Source: Euryarchaeota archaeon UBA250 (lineage in GTDB: Archaea > Thermoplasmatota > Poseidoniia > Poseidoniales > Thalassarchaeaceae). From it: DNA of 53,136 nucleotides. Positions within the stretch are counted from its first letter, which is position 1; each line of letters opens with the position of its first letter. The position numbers and the translations under genes are program-made. The stretch covers positions 1-53,136 of the forward strand of contig DATW01000049.1 in assembly GCA_002504845.1 (NCBI GenBank), read 5' to 3'. The notes beneath the pieces are model-generated. The model saw only the letters and a program-made list of their open reading frames with translations. It had not been told where the DNA came from and ran no database searches. This document shows, one piece after another, positions 16,684-25,655 of the stretch.

Positions 16684-18902
16684 ACCGACTCAATGCCCTG
16701 GAGAGTGTTAGAGTCTCTCTTAACCGACTCTAGACCGCTAACAAGGGTCTCTTCCATCTTGGAATAGTAGTCTAACATGTCTTTGTTGACTGTTGGTCTG
16801 ACTCTGTTGATAGCATCCTCGAAGTGGCTTTTTGAAACGCTCTTTCTACCTGCCCTCATCGCAATAAGTGCTGCTTCTCGGCATATTGCCTCTATATCAG
16901 CGCCGGTATAGTTCTCAAGTCCATCAACGAGATCATCGAGATTGAATCGGCCCAATGGCATCTCTGAGGAATGAATCTTCAGAATCTCCAGTCTTGACTT
17001 ACGATCTGGGGGCGGAACATGCAGAACGCGTTCAAAGCGTCCACTTCGTAAAAGTGCAGGATCGATCATTTCAGGCCGATTGGTCGCGGCTACAACGATG
17101 ACTCCTTCCATCGACTCGACGCCATCCATGCTAGAGAGAATCTGATTTACCACCCTATTCATGACATCGGAACCCTCTCCGGACATTGATCTACGAACAC
17201 CGGCGATTGACTCGAATTCATCAAGGAAGATGATTGAGGGTGCTGCTTGTTTCGCCTTCTTGAAAACCTCTCGTACAGCTCTTTCTGATTCTCCGACCCA
17301 CTTGGAAATCATTTCCGGGCCCTTGATTGAAATGAAATTGGCCTTTGCCTCGTTAGCTATAGCCTTGGCAATTAGCGTTTTTCCAGTTCCTGGGGCGCCG
17401 AACAGAACGATCCCGCGTGGAGGCTTGATACCAAAGTGCTCGAAGGTTTCTGGTTGATTCAGAGGCCATTCGATACTTTCCTTCAATCTCTCTTTAATTT
17501 CATCCAATCCACCGACATCATCCCAAGAAGCAGTTGGTACTTCGACATAAATCTCCCTGAGTGCACTAGGCTCTATCTCTTTGATTGCCTCACGGAAATC
17601 GACCATTTTGACTTCCATCTTCTCGAGTACTTCGGCGGGTATCTCATCTTCATCTAGGTCAATCTCAGGAAGATATCTTCGCAAGGCCTTCATTGCAGAT
17701 TCTCGGACTAGCGCCGATATGTCCGCCCCTACGAAACCATATGAATTCTCAAGAAGCCAATCCATCTCGAAATCGTCACTTATGGGCATACCACGTGTAT
17801 GGATGTCTATGATCTCAGAACGGCCATTTTTATCTGGTACACCTATTTCCAGTTCTCTATCGAATCGTCCGGGTCTTCTCAAAGCGGGATCTATGGCATC
17901 TCTTCTATTCGTAGCCCCAATTACAACCACATTATCTCGGCCCTGCATACCATCGAGAAGCGTTAGAAGTTGAGCAACTACCCGCCTTTCTACTTCTCCA
18001 CTAACATCTTCTCGCTTGGGCGCAATTGAATCTAATTCGTCTATGAAAATGATAGCGGGGGCATTAGAAGCGGCTTCATCGAATATTTCGCGAAGTTGCT
18101 TCTCACTCTCACCGTAGTACTTGGAAATAATTTCAGGGCCATTGATTGATGTGAAGTGTGCCTGTGTCTCTGCAGCAACAGCCTTGGCGATCAATGTCTT
18201 TCCAGTCCCGGGAGGGCCGTGAAGAAGGACACCTCGAGGTGGGTCTATGCCCAGTCTACGGAATAGTATAGGATGCTTGAGAGGCAATTCAATCATCTCC
18301 CTGACTTTCTGAAGCTGGTCTCCAAGACCGCCTATGTCCTCATAGGAAATCGTCTGAATGGTACTCTCGTCTTCTTCATCAACTGGATCTTCTTTGATGA
18401 CTATCTCTGTGGAAGGTAGAACCTGCACGATACCTTTTGGCTTAGTGCTGACTATCTGAAATGGCAGGGCTTCGGCGAACAAAGTCATACCTGGTATGAA
18501 TATTCTATCTCCAGCTACAACTGGACGCTTGTTTAGTCCCCTGCGAGCGAATCCTTCGATACCGGGTCCAAAACGGACCTTTTGCTGCTTGGCCATTACA
18601 GGAGAGAGCACAAGTTTCTCACACTCAGATACCTCGACTTTGCTAATATTTACTCTATCGCCGAGGGATACTGCTGCATTTTTTCGGATTATACCGTCTA
18701 TCCTTATGACTCCTAGATTCGCATCTTCCGGTCTGCATCTCCAGACAATGGCAGCAGTAGACTTCTCTCCTTTAATTTCGATAACGTCGCCGGGTTTGAG
18801 ATTCAAATCATTATCAAATGGTACTCTAGCTCTTCCATGCCCCACATCACTTGGAATTGCCTTTGCAACCCTAAGCGTAAGTTCCCCTTCTTCGTCCGAC
18901 AT
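16680..18902 (-). CDS. cdc48: AAA+ ATPase Cdc48/VCP
   Basis: N-domain [20 protein letters not shown], two Walker A motifs ([30 protein letters not shown]), two Walker B motifs ([16 protein letters not shown]), and [22 protein letters not shown]. Confidence 0.95.
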   Translation of the reverse strand: MSDEEGELTLRVAKAIPSDVGHGRARVPFDNDLNLKPGDVIEIKGEKSTAAIVWRCRPEDANLGVIRIDGIIRKNAAVSLGDRVNISKVEVSECEKLVLSPVMAKQQKVRFGPGIEGFARRGLNKRPVVAGDRIFIPGMTLFAEALPFQIVSTKPKGIVQVLPSTEIVIKEDPVDEEDESTIQTISYEDIGGLGDQLQKVREMIELPLKHPILFRRLGIDPPRGVLLHGPPGTGKTLIAKAVAAETQAHFTSINGPEIISKYYGESEKQLREIFDEAASNAPAIIFIDELDSIAPKREDVSGEVERRVVAQLLTLLDGMQGRDNVVVIGATNRRDAIDPALRRPGRFDRELEIGVPDKNGRSEIIDIHTRGMPISDDFEMDWLLENSYGFVGADISALVRESAMKALRRYLPEIDLDEDEIPAEVLEKMEVKMVDFREAIKEIEPSALREIYVEVPTASWDDVGGLDEIKERLKESIEWPLNQPETFEHFGIKPPRGIVLFGAPGTGKTLIAKAIANEAKANFISIKGPEMISKWVGESERAVREVFKKAKQAAPSIIFLDEFESIAGVRRSMSGEGSDVMNRVVNQILSSMDGVESMEGVIVVAATNRPEMIDPALLRSGRFERVLHVPPPDRKSRLEILKIHSSEMPLGRFNLDDLVDGLENYTGADIEAICREAALIAMRAGRKSVSKSHFEDAINRVRPTVNKDMLDYYSKMEETLVSGLESVKRDSNTLQGIESV

Positions 18903-19042
18903 GGAGTATCCCTCGGAGATGTCTGTGTATTGGGCTGCCTTAAACCCCCATATCCAAAGTCGTCGTGTTTGTGCACTTACCAGACGGCTTGTGCGATAGC
19001 GACGTTAGCAGCATTCATGTGAATAACCGGGGTCGGCGTATC

Positions 19043-20671
19043 ATGCCCCACGTACTTGAAACCGGATTTGAGGCGATAGACAGTGAAAACCCCAATGGTT
19101 CACCGATGATTCGTGGATACAATATAATTGGGGGACAGTTAGAACCTGCATCTGATGGTTCAACATTTGAATCGAAAAATCCTGCTATCCTTGCTGACTG
19201 TCTTGGAGTCTTCCCTCTATCTACCAAAGATGATGTGCACAAAGCATTGAAGTCGGCAAAGTCGGCATTCCCCGGCTGGTCTTCTACCCCTGCACCCACA
19301 CGTGGCCAGATCATAGGCAACATGGGAAGATTGTTGATGGAGCACAAGGACGATCTCGTACGCCTAGAGACCCGTGAAATAGGGAAGACACTGAAGGAGA
19401 GTGCTGGAGAAATCCAGGAAGCCATAGACACGTGTCTGTTCTTCCAATCAGAAGGAAGACGTCTGTACGGACAAACCGTCAACAGCGAGTTGCCCGACAA
19501 GGAGTTGTTCACTTATCGAAGACCCCTGGGGGTTTGCGGTATCATCAATGCGTGTAATTTTCCGTCTGCTGTGCCATTCTGGAAAATGATCCCAGCAATC
19601 ATGTGCGGCAACACCTGTGTCTGGAAGTCGCCACAAGACAGCCCTCTTCTCTCATTTGCATTGGCAAGGATAATGCATGAGGCTGGTTTACCAGATGGGG
19701 TTGTGAATCTCATTCATGGAAAGGGAAGTGGTGCTGGTCAGCATCTCGTTGATGCAGTTGATGAAGGAATGGTCAACAAGATTTCATTCACGGGATCTAC
19801 TTCGGTTGGCAAGATGATCGGAGAAATCTGTGGTCGTAATCTAGTTTCATGCTCACTCGAATTGGGTGGCAAAAATCCACTAGTCATCATGCCCTCGGCC
19901 AATCTTGAGAATGCTGTAGAAGGGGCTTACTGGGCCGGATTTGGTACTGCTGGACAGAGATGTACAAGCCTCGGCAATCTAATTGTGCACGAAGATATCT
20001 ACGAGGATTTTATGGAGAGATTCATGGAAAAAGTTCGTAGTACAAAGATTGGTGATTCGATGAGTAACGATGATGTTCTTTATGGCCCGATGCTGTCTGA
20101 GAAATATGCATTAGATTTTCTTGATGGTCTGGAAATGTGTGAATCAAGTGGTGCTAGAAGGATTTACGGAGAAGGTCGGATAACAACGGATTCATCACCT
20201 ACGGGTTTCGTTGCTGACGCTGAAAGTGGAGTATACATGTGGCCTCATGTGTATGTAGACGTCACTGATGAGATGGAATGCTTCCATGAGGAGATTTTTG
20301 GACCTGCAGTCACGGTCGTCAAGGCCAGGGATTTCGATCATGCACTTTATCTGGCAAATGCATCGCCATACGGGCTCTCGAGCGCGATTTATACAAATGA
20401 TAGGCTAGAGGCATATCGATTCAAGACAGGCATAAAAGCCGGTATGACTGGCATAAACAACTCAACGACTGGTGCTGAAGCACACCTTCCCTTCGGAGGC
20501 GTCAAGGGCTCTGGCAATGGCACTAGGGAATCTGGTATTTGGGTAATTGAAGCGTACTCATACTGGCATGCAGTAAACGACGAGCTTTCTGGAAAGCTTC
20601 AGTTAGCCCAGATGGATGTTGATGAAATCCACATCGAAGAGGCAGAGGCGGATTACAAATCTCTTGCGTGA
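19043..20671 (+). CDS. NAD(P)-dependent aldehyde dehydrogenase family protein
   Basis: FPSAVPFWKMIPAIMCGNTCVWK, FTGSTSVGKMI, LELGGKNPLVIM, catalytic GQRCTSL, and EEIFGPAV. ATG at 19043 is used. Confidence 0.9.
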   Translation: MPHVLETGFEAIDSENPNGSPMIRGYNIIGGQLEPASDGSTFESKNPAILADCLGVFPLSTKDDVHKALKSAKSAFPGWSSTPAPTRGQIIGNMGRLLMEHKDDLVRLETREIGKTLKESAGEIQEAIDTCLFFQSEGRRLYGQTVNSELPDKELFTYRRPLGVCGIINACNFPSAVPFWKMIPAIMCGNTCVWKSPQDSPLLSFALARIMHEAGLPDGVVNLIHGKGSGAGQHLVDAVDEGMVNKISFTGSTSVGKMIGEICGRNLVSCSLELGGKNPLVIMPSANLENAVEGAYWAGFGTAGQRCTSLGNLIVHEDIYEDFMERFMEKVRSTKIGDSMSNDDVLYGPMLSEKYALDFLDGLEMCESSGARRIYGEGRITTDSSPTGFVADAESGVYMWPHVYVDVTDEMECFHEEIFGPAVTVVKARDFDHALYLANASPYGLSSAIYTNDRLEAYRFKTGIKAGMTGINNSTTGAEAHLPFGGVKGSGNGTRESGIWVIEAYSYWHAVNDELSGKLQLAQMDVDEIHIEEAEADYKSLA

Positions 20672-20735
20672 TTTTCAAGTATTCTTGAAATTCGACTCGC
20701 AAAAATTCTATGTTCTCTGTGCCATCTCAACGAGT

Positions 20736-23700
20736 ATGAATGCCAAGCGGATAGTCTCCCTCTCTCTTGCTTTACTAATGATCTCATTCACCACTCTTGC
20801 GATTATTGCAAGTCCTCTTTCAGCGGAAGACTCGCTTCCTGAGTCGCAAAAGAGTCTGGCTACGAAATCGATAACTCCAATGATGGGCAGTAATCAGGGT
20901 CACATCGATACTTATGACACGCTGTCAGTGGGCATTCAGTTCACCTGCGTGGTGACGGACAACTCCAGCGTAATCTGCTGGGGAAGGACTGACTACGGTG
21001 AGACAGGGAGTGGCTTGACTGGGAGTGAAGCGTACCACAATGCCAGCTATGTCGTCGGGCTATCAGGAGTGAATATCGTCGAGGTAGCTGCTCACTGGGA
21101 CCATGCATGTGCTTTGAGCGATCAGGGAGACGTCTACTGCTGGGGAAGGAATTCTATGGGGATGCTCGGTAACGGCGGGACTTCGGATTCAACTACGCCA
21201 GTTCAAGTGTCCCTTCCACCCGGCGTCCAGGCCGCCTCATTGAGCCAAGGGCCGAGCTATCATAGCTGCATCATCAGCACGGATGGGGACGGTTACTGCT
21301 GGGGGAGTAACAACCGTGGGCAGCTAGGAAACGGCGAGATATGCGACTCAAATACAGGTGCGAGTACGTCTTCATGCCATCATAACGGATATGCAGAATA
21401 CGTGGTTACGCCTCAACTGGTCGATATGCCGGTTGGGGTCGGCATAACCTCCATCAGCATGGGAGGCGATCACACATGTGCCACTGGTACCGATCTCGGG
21501 GTCTACTGCTGGGGATCGGACATGAACTGCAGGGTCACGGGCGGTGACACGACCACGTCTATAACGGGCGATCCCGTATGCAACTATGGTCACCTGCACG
21601 AATCTCCAAAGAAACTCATGTTCCAGAGTACGGCTGTTACCATCCCGGATAAGGATAATCTCTCTTTTGTACAAGTCGCGGTCGGTTGGGTTTTCTCATG
21701 CGGCCTGACGGATGCAGGATCGATAATCTGCTGGGGCGCCAATACCGAGAGTCAGCAGGGTGTGGGTTCGAACAGTAACGATCCTGCCCAGGTAGTTCCC
21801 ACCGAAGCTATTGCCCCATCGGGAGAACACGCCCTCAGCATATCAGCATCAACTGCCCAAGCATGTGCTCTATTCAACGAGTCTGGTGCATTTTGTTGGG
21901 GCGATAACTGGGGTGGAAATGCAGGTGATTACGATGGCACAAATGACTGGTACTGTAACTACACGGGAGGTTCCAATGGGGGCGGGAACAATAATTGCGC
22001 AGATGTGTCGACTCCGAACGCAGTTTGGAGCGGCGAAAATGATGACATCCACTTCACATCAGTGGTCATGGGGGCGTCGAATACATGCGGAATAATGGCC
22101 AACAGCAGCCTTTACTGCTGGGGCGCATATGCCTGGAATGGAGTCAATGGTTCGGTCCACAACACGTATTCTGGGGTCAGGCTCCCGTTGTTCATGCCGA
22201 TGCTAGATAACACCTCCATTCCTCAAACCGATCTCGACATTGATGGCGATGGGATACTCGTTCCGTTCGACATGTTCCCAAATGGGTGTCCCCCTGGTTG
22301 GTATCAAGACTCGTACAATTCTTGCGACGAGTCTCCTCGGGGGAACTATGCTGAATCCTCGAATCCATGGAATCTGGTTGCTTGCTCACCGGGTACGTAT
22401 CAACCAAACACCGGCCAAACGGAGTGTTTGGAATCGGATCCCGGGTATTATGTTCCGGCCTCCGGAGAATATTCTCAGATGATATGTCCAGCTGGAAGTT
22501 ATCAGCCCGACAGTGCATCGGATTCTTGCCTTTTGGCGGATCCCGGATACATGGTGGGGACACCTGGTAAAATAGAGCAGACTGCCTGCAATGCTGGAAG
22601 GTTTTCGTCTTCGAGCGGGTCGACGGAGTGCGTCAGGGCGCAGCCTGGTTTCTATGTAGCAGACAGCGGCTCTGCAGAAGAGGTTCCATGCTCACCGGGC
22701 TCATACACACCTGCATATGGATCGATATCATGCATCTCAACATCTCCTGGGCAGTACACCAACACTCCAGCTTCCATCCAGCCAGTCTCTTGTGATCCTG
22801 GTTCCTATCAACCTGACTTCAATCAAGACTCGTGTCTCTTGGCCCCTGCTGGGCATTATGTCTCAGAATCGATGGCTTCGTCGTATCAACCATGTCTCTC
22901 AGGCCATTACCAATCTTCTGAAGGTATGACTGAATGCGTAACCACATCTCCAGGGACATACACGCCGGGGGCATCCTTCACTGCTCCTCTGGATTGTTCT
23001 GCAGGGACGTATCAGCCATCAGCAGGTGCAGAGAGGTGCATTGATGCATTCCCCGGCAGCTATGTTGCTTCAGAGGGAAGCATCGAGGTGGTTGAATGCT
23101 CGCCGGGTACTTATCAGCCTCAGTCGGGGCAATCTGCGTGTATCGAGGCAGATCCGGGGCACTACATCACTCTAAGAGCGGCAAAAAGTCAGATTCCATG
23201 CCCAGTGACTACGTTCCAACCTCAAACTGGCCAGACAGCCTGCATAGATGCCGAACCCGGTCACTATGCAGACGGGGTTGGGACGGGAGAACAGACACCT
23301 TGCGATGCGGGCGAATATCAACCTTCTAGCAAGTCGACGAATTGTAGAATCGTCCCTGCCGGACATTATTCAGTCGGTCTGGGCTCCATTGATTTCATCG
23401 CATGCATGCCAGGGACATATCAGCCAACATCAGGCATGTCAGATTGCATCGATGCTGATGAAGGCAACTATGTCGGGGAATCATCTCAATTGATGCAGAC
23501 GCCTTGTCCAAAGGGAACTTACCAACCATCGACAGGTTCCTCCGAATGTTTGAGTGCCGATGCAGGCTACTTCGTGGAATCAACAGGAGCCGTGGAACAG
23601 ACGCCCTGCGAGGCAGGATCATACCAGCCCATCGAAGGGCGGTCGAACTGCATATACTCCTCGATCAACAACTATGTTCCAGAGGCCGGATCAGCAGATC

Positions 23701-23861
23701 AGACAGCATGTCCGTCGGGAGAGCATCAACCCACTCCGGGTCAAACCGGCTGTATTGAGAAAGAGGAGGAGGGAGGGTTACTCCCTGGATTCTCTTCTTT
23801 CACCGCCCTCATGACGCTGTTAGGTGCTGCAGTGGTGATTTCTACCAGGAAACAGGGGTGA
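20736..23861 (+). CDS. Secreted surface protein: signal peptide, 7 RCC1-like blades, about 15 ephrin-receptor-like Cys repeats, PGF-CTERM anchor
   Basis: Signal peptide MNAKRIVSLSLALLMISFTTLAIIASPLSAE. Seven CWG-type repeats are present (CWGRTDYGETG, CWGRNSMGMLGNGG, CWGSNNRGQLGNG, CWGSDMNCRVTGG, CWGANTESQQGVG, CWGDNWGGNAGD, CWGAYAWNGVNG). These are followed by C-x-PG-x-YQP...C...DPG-YV units. The C-terminus is GGLLPGFSSFTALMTLLGAAVVISTRKQG. Confidence 0.8.
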   Translation: MNAKRIVSLSLALLMISFTTLAIIASPLSAEDSLPESQKSLATKSITPMMGSNQGHIDTYDTLSVGIQFTCVVTDNSSVICWGRTDYGETGSGLTGSEAYHNASYVVGLSGVNIVEVAAHWDHACALSDQGDVYCWGRNSMGMLGNGGTSDSTTPVQVSLPPGVQAASLSQGPSYHSCIISTDGDGYCWGSNNRGQLGNGEICDSNTGASTSSCHHNGYAEYVVTPQLVDMPVGVGITSISMGGDHTCATGTDLGVYCWGSDMNCRVTGGDTTTSITGDPVCNYGHLHESPKKLMFQSTAVTIPDKDNLSFVQVAVGWVFSCGLTDAGSIICWGANTESQQGVGSNSNDPAQVVPTEAIAPSGEHALSISASTAQACALFNESGAFCWGDNWGGNAGDYDGTNDWYCNYTGGSNGGGNNNCADVSTPNAVWSGENDDIHFTSVVMGASNTCGIMANSSLYCWGAYAWNGVNGSVHNTYSGVRLPLFMPMLDNTSIPQTDLDIDGDGILVPFDMFPNGCPPGWYQDSYNSCDESPRGNYAESSNPWNLVACSPGTYQPNTGQTECLESDPGYYVPASGEYSQMICPAGSYQPDSASDSCLLADPGYMVGTPGKIEQTACNAGRFSSSSGSTECVRAQPGFYVADSGSAEEVPCSPGSYTPAYGSISCISTSPGQYTNTPASIQPVSCDPGSYQPDFNQDSCLLAPAGHYVSESMASSYQPCLSGHYQSSEGMTECVTTSPGTYTPGASFTAPLDCSAGTYQPSAGAERCIDAFPGSYVASEGSIEVVECSPGTYQPQSGQSACIEADPGHYITLRAAKSQIPCPVTTFQPQTGQTACIDAEPGHYADGVGTGEQTPCDAGEYQPSSKSTNCRIVPAGHYSVGLGSIDFIACMPGTYQPTSGMSDCIDADEGNYVGESSQLMQTPCPKGTYQPSTGSSECLSADAGYFVESTGAVEQTPCEAGSYQPIEGRSNCIYSSINNYVPEAGSADQTACPSGEHQPTPGQTGCIEKEEEGGLLPGFSSFTALMTLLGAAVVISTRKQG
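22287..23753 (+). repeat. Protein-level tandem array of about 15 two-Cys units of about 30 aa (ephrin-receptor-like / GCC2_GCC3-like)
   Basis: Units start at CPPGWYQ, CSPGTYQ, CPAGSYQ, CNAGRFS, CSPGSYT, CDPGSYQ, CLSGHYQ, CSAGTYQ, CSPGTYQ, CPVTTFQ, CDAGEYQ, CMPGTYQ, CPKGTYQ, CEAGSYQ and CPSGEHQ. The units are diverged at nucleotide level. Confidence 0.6.
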
Positions 23862-23926
23862 CGCCCCCCGCCTTACGGGCTCGAATGGGTTTCCCGAAGT
23901 CCTATCCGGCGGACAAGTATGATGGG

Positions 23927-24001
23927 TGGTGCGCACGCCGGGACTTGAACCCGGGTAACGAGGTTGGGAACCTCGTATCATAACCGCTAGATCACGTGCG
24001 C
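23927..24001 (-). tRNA. tRNA-Gly (anticodon CCC), CCA encoded
   Basis: The reverse complement is GCGCACGTGATCTAGCGGTTATGATACGAGGTTCCCAACCTCGTTACCCGGGTTCAAGTCCCGGCGTGCGCACCA. Acceptor is GCGCACG/CGTGCGC, anticodon stem CGAGG/CCTCG with loop TTCCCAA, and T arm CCGGG-TTCAAGT-CCCGG. Confidence 0.9.
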
Positions 24002-24088
24002 TTGGAACACCCGATTGCCTCTGCGGTCATGAATACTGGGGTACAGAGTTCAGCCATATTGAAGCACTAGGTGGCATGAGGATGTACC

Positions 24089-24646
24089 ATGGAAGTTTCT
24101 AGAGAGTTGGTTCGCACCGTGGTATTCGTACTTGGCCCGATGGTTCTTGCATCATACGTTATTGGAGTTCGGAGAATGGACGATCCGATGGAATTATGGG
24201 GCGGTATTCCCGAATCCTGGAGAAGTCTCAACGTAATGTGCATGTTCATTGCTGCCGCTGGTTTTCTGATCGCTTGGTGGCAGCTTCTCTTTGGATGGGA
24301 TGTCGGTGTTGTCGAGTCGACAGGGTGGCCATGGAGCGGAGAAGTTTCAGATGGGGGTCATGGACGAATCCTCATCGCCTTCCTCCTGATACTGATACCA
24401 TCGATGCTATGGCTCGAATTGACTCGCATACACATACAGAATGATTCTTCATTCACTCAGTGGATCGTTATTGCAAACCTCTGGCTTGTGGTATCTGGCA
24501 ACGTACTTTTGATTCTCTTTGGATGGAGTGCATGGAGCGGAGGTGCCAGTGGTACGGATATACTCCCTCTGCTTGGGGGCCTTATGCTCGGAATTCAAGT
24601 GATAGTGAACGATGGGATTCTCTGGGTCTGGAAATATCCATGGTGA
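24089..24646 (+). CDS. Hypothetical integral membrane protein (about 5 TM, Trp-rich)
   Basis: An ORF with repeated hydrophobic helices. No motif was recognised. Confidence 0.5.
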   Translation: MEVSRELVRTVVFVLGPMVLASYVIGVRRMDDPMELWGGIPESWRSLNVMCMFIAAAGFLIAWWQLLFGWDVGVVESTGWPWSGEVSDGGHGRILIAFLLILIPSMLWLELTRIHIQNDSSFTQWIVIANLWLVVSGNVLLILFGWSAWSGGASGTDILPLLGGLMLGIQVIVNDGILWVWKYPW

Positions 24647-24790
24647 TTCATGGAAAAAATGGTTCTCCGCATTCAGGACACGGTACGCCGGGGAGGAAGG
24701 CACCCGGCATATATCCGCAATTGAGGCAAATCGAAGAGGAGATTTCATCCATTACAGACCCTCTGCAAGCAGTTTCTTCATTCATTATTC

Positions 24791-25651
24791 ATGAAGTTGA
24801 TGCAGATGCAAAATGGTCAGCCTTATGCAGTGCCTATTCAGGAGACTGGCGGGGCACCGGGGATGAGAGGGTACCAACGTCTGCCCCTCGTGAAGGGTTT
24901 TGGCAAAACACAGAGGATTGACAACTGGTGGAATCAGCCCGCGATGATGGCCGCAGCACTCGGAATAGCAATGATCTACACGGGCCTTAGAGTGATTTTA
25001 CTGGACGGCAGCATCCACTATGAAAATCATCGAGTTACCTCTCCAATATTCTCTCCAGACGTCTTGCATATGTTCCACATTACTAATCATCCCGGATGGA
25101 TGAATTCTGCAATGCTGATTCTATGGATACCGTTTGGATTCAGAGGGACTTGTTACTACATGCGAAAGGTGTACCATCGAACCTTCTTTCAGAATCCAAC
25201 AGCATGCATGGTTGCGAAGCCTGGAATCAACCATGGGGTTGGGTACTCGGGAGAGCGGGGGGTCTTCATCATCAACAATATTCATCGCTATATGCTATAT
25301 CTTGCAGTCATTATCCTCTCAATGAAATACTACGATGTAATTCACACGATGAGGTTCGACGGGTCATGGGGATTCTCCTTAGGCACCCTGATACTCGCAT
25401 TCGAATCCTTTCTGCTGACTATGTACGTAGTCTCATGTCATGCATTCAGACATCTTTTTGGTGGTTCTCTTGACCAGTGGCGAGGCGGTATTTCCTCTGT
25501 GGCTGGATGGGTATTCAGATTCTCAAGTCGCCATAATGTAAGCCACAATCTCTGGTTTTGGACGTCTCTTGCAATGGTTTTCCTGGGGGATATATTCGTT
25601 CTTTCAGTTGCTGAAGGTCTAATTAGCGATCCCAGTTTCATAATGAGGTGA
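24791..25651 (+). CDS. sdhC: Putative succinate dehydrogenase membrane anchor / cytochrome b-like subunit
   Basis: A polytopic 286-aa protein immediately upstream of sdhA (4-nt gap), giving a C-A-B order as in single-anchor SDH operons. It has several intramembrane His (NNIHRYMLY, CHAFRHLFGG, SRHNVSHNLWFW). The assignment is by context, not strong motif recognition. Confidence 0.6.
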   Translation: MKLMQMQNGQPYAVPIQETGGAPGMRGYQRLPLVKGFGKTQRIDNWWNQPAMMAAALGIAMIYTGLRVILLDGSIHYENHRVTSPIFSPDVLHMFHITNHPGWMNSAMLILWIPFGFRGTCYYMRKVYHRTFFQNPTACMVAKPGINHGVGYSGERGVFIINNIHRYMLYLAVIILSMKYYDVIHTMRFDGSWGFSLGTLILAFESFLLTMYVVSCHAFRHLFGGSLDQWRGGISSVAGWVFRFSSRHNVSHNLWFWTSLAMVFLGDIFVLSVAEGLISDPSFIMR

Positions 25652-25655
25652 TTGA

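Noticed and set aside
22287-23753. The Cys-repeat region as a DNA-level tandem repeat or CRISPR-like array.
   Set aside because: The periodicity exists only at protein level. The nucleotide units are diverged and contiguous without spacers, and they lie inside one long ORF.
23862-24088. tRNA-Gly (and tRNA-Ile at 1982-2059) as attachment sites of an integrated element.
   Set aside because: No integrase, transposase or phage-like gene flanks either tRNA. By eye I found no direct repeat of the tRNA 3' halves elsewhere in the window.
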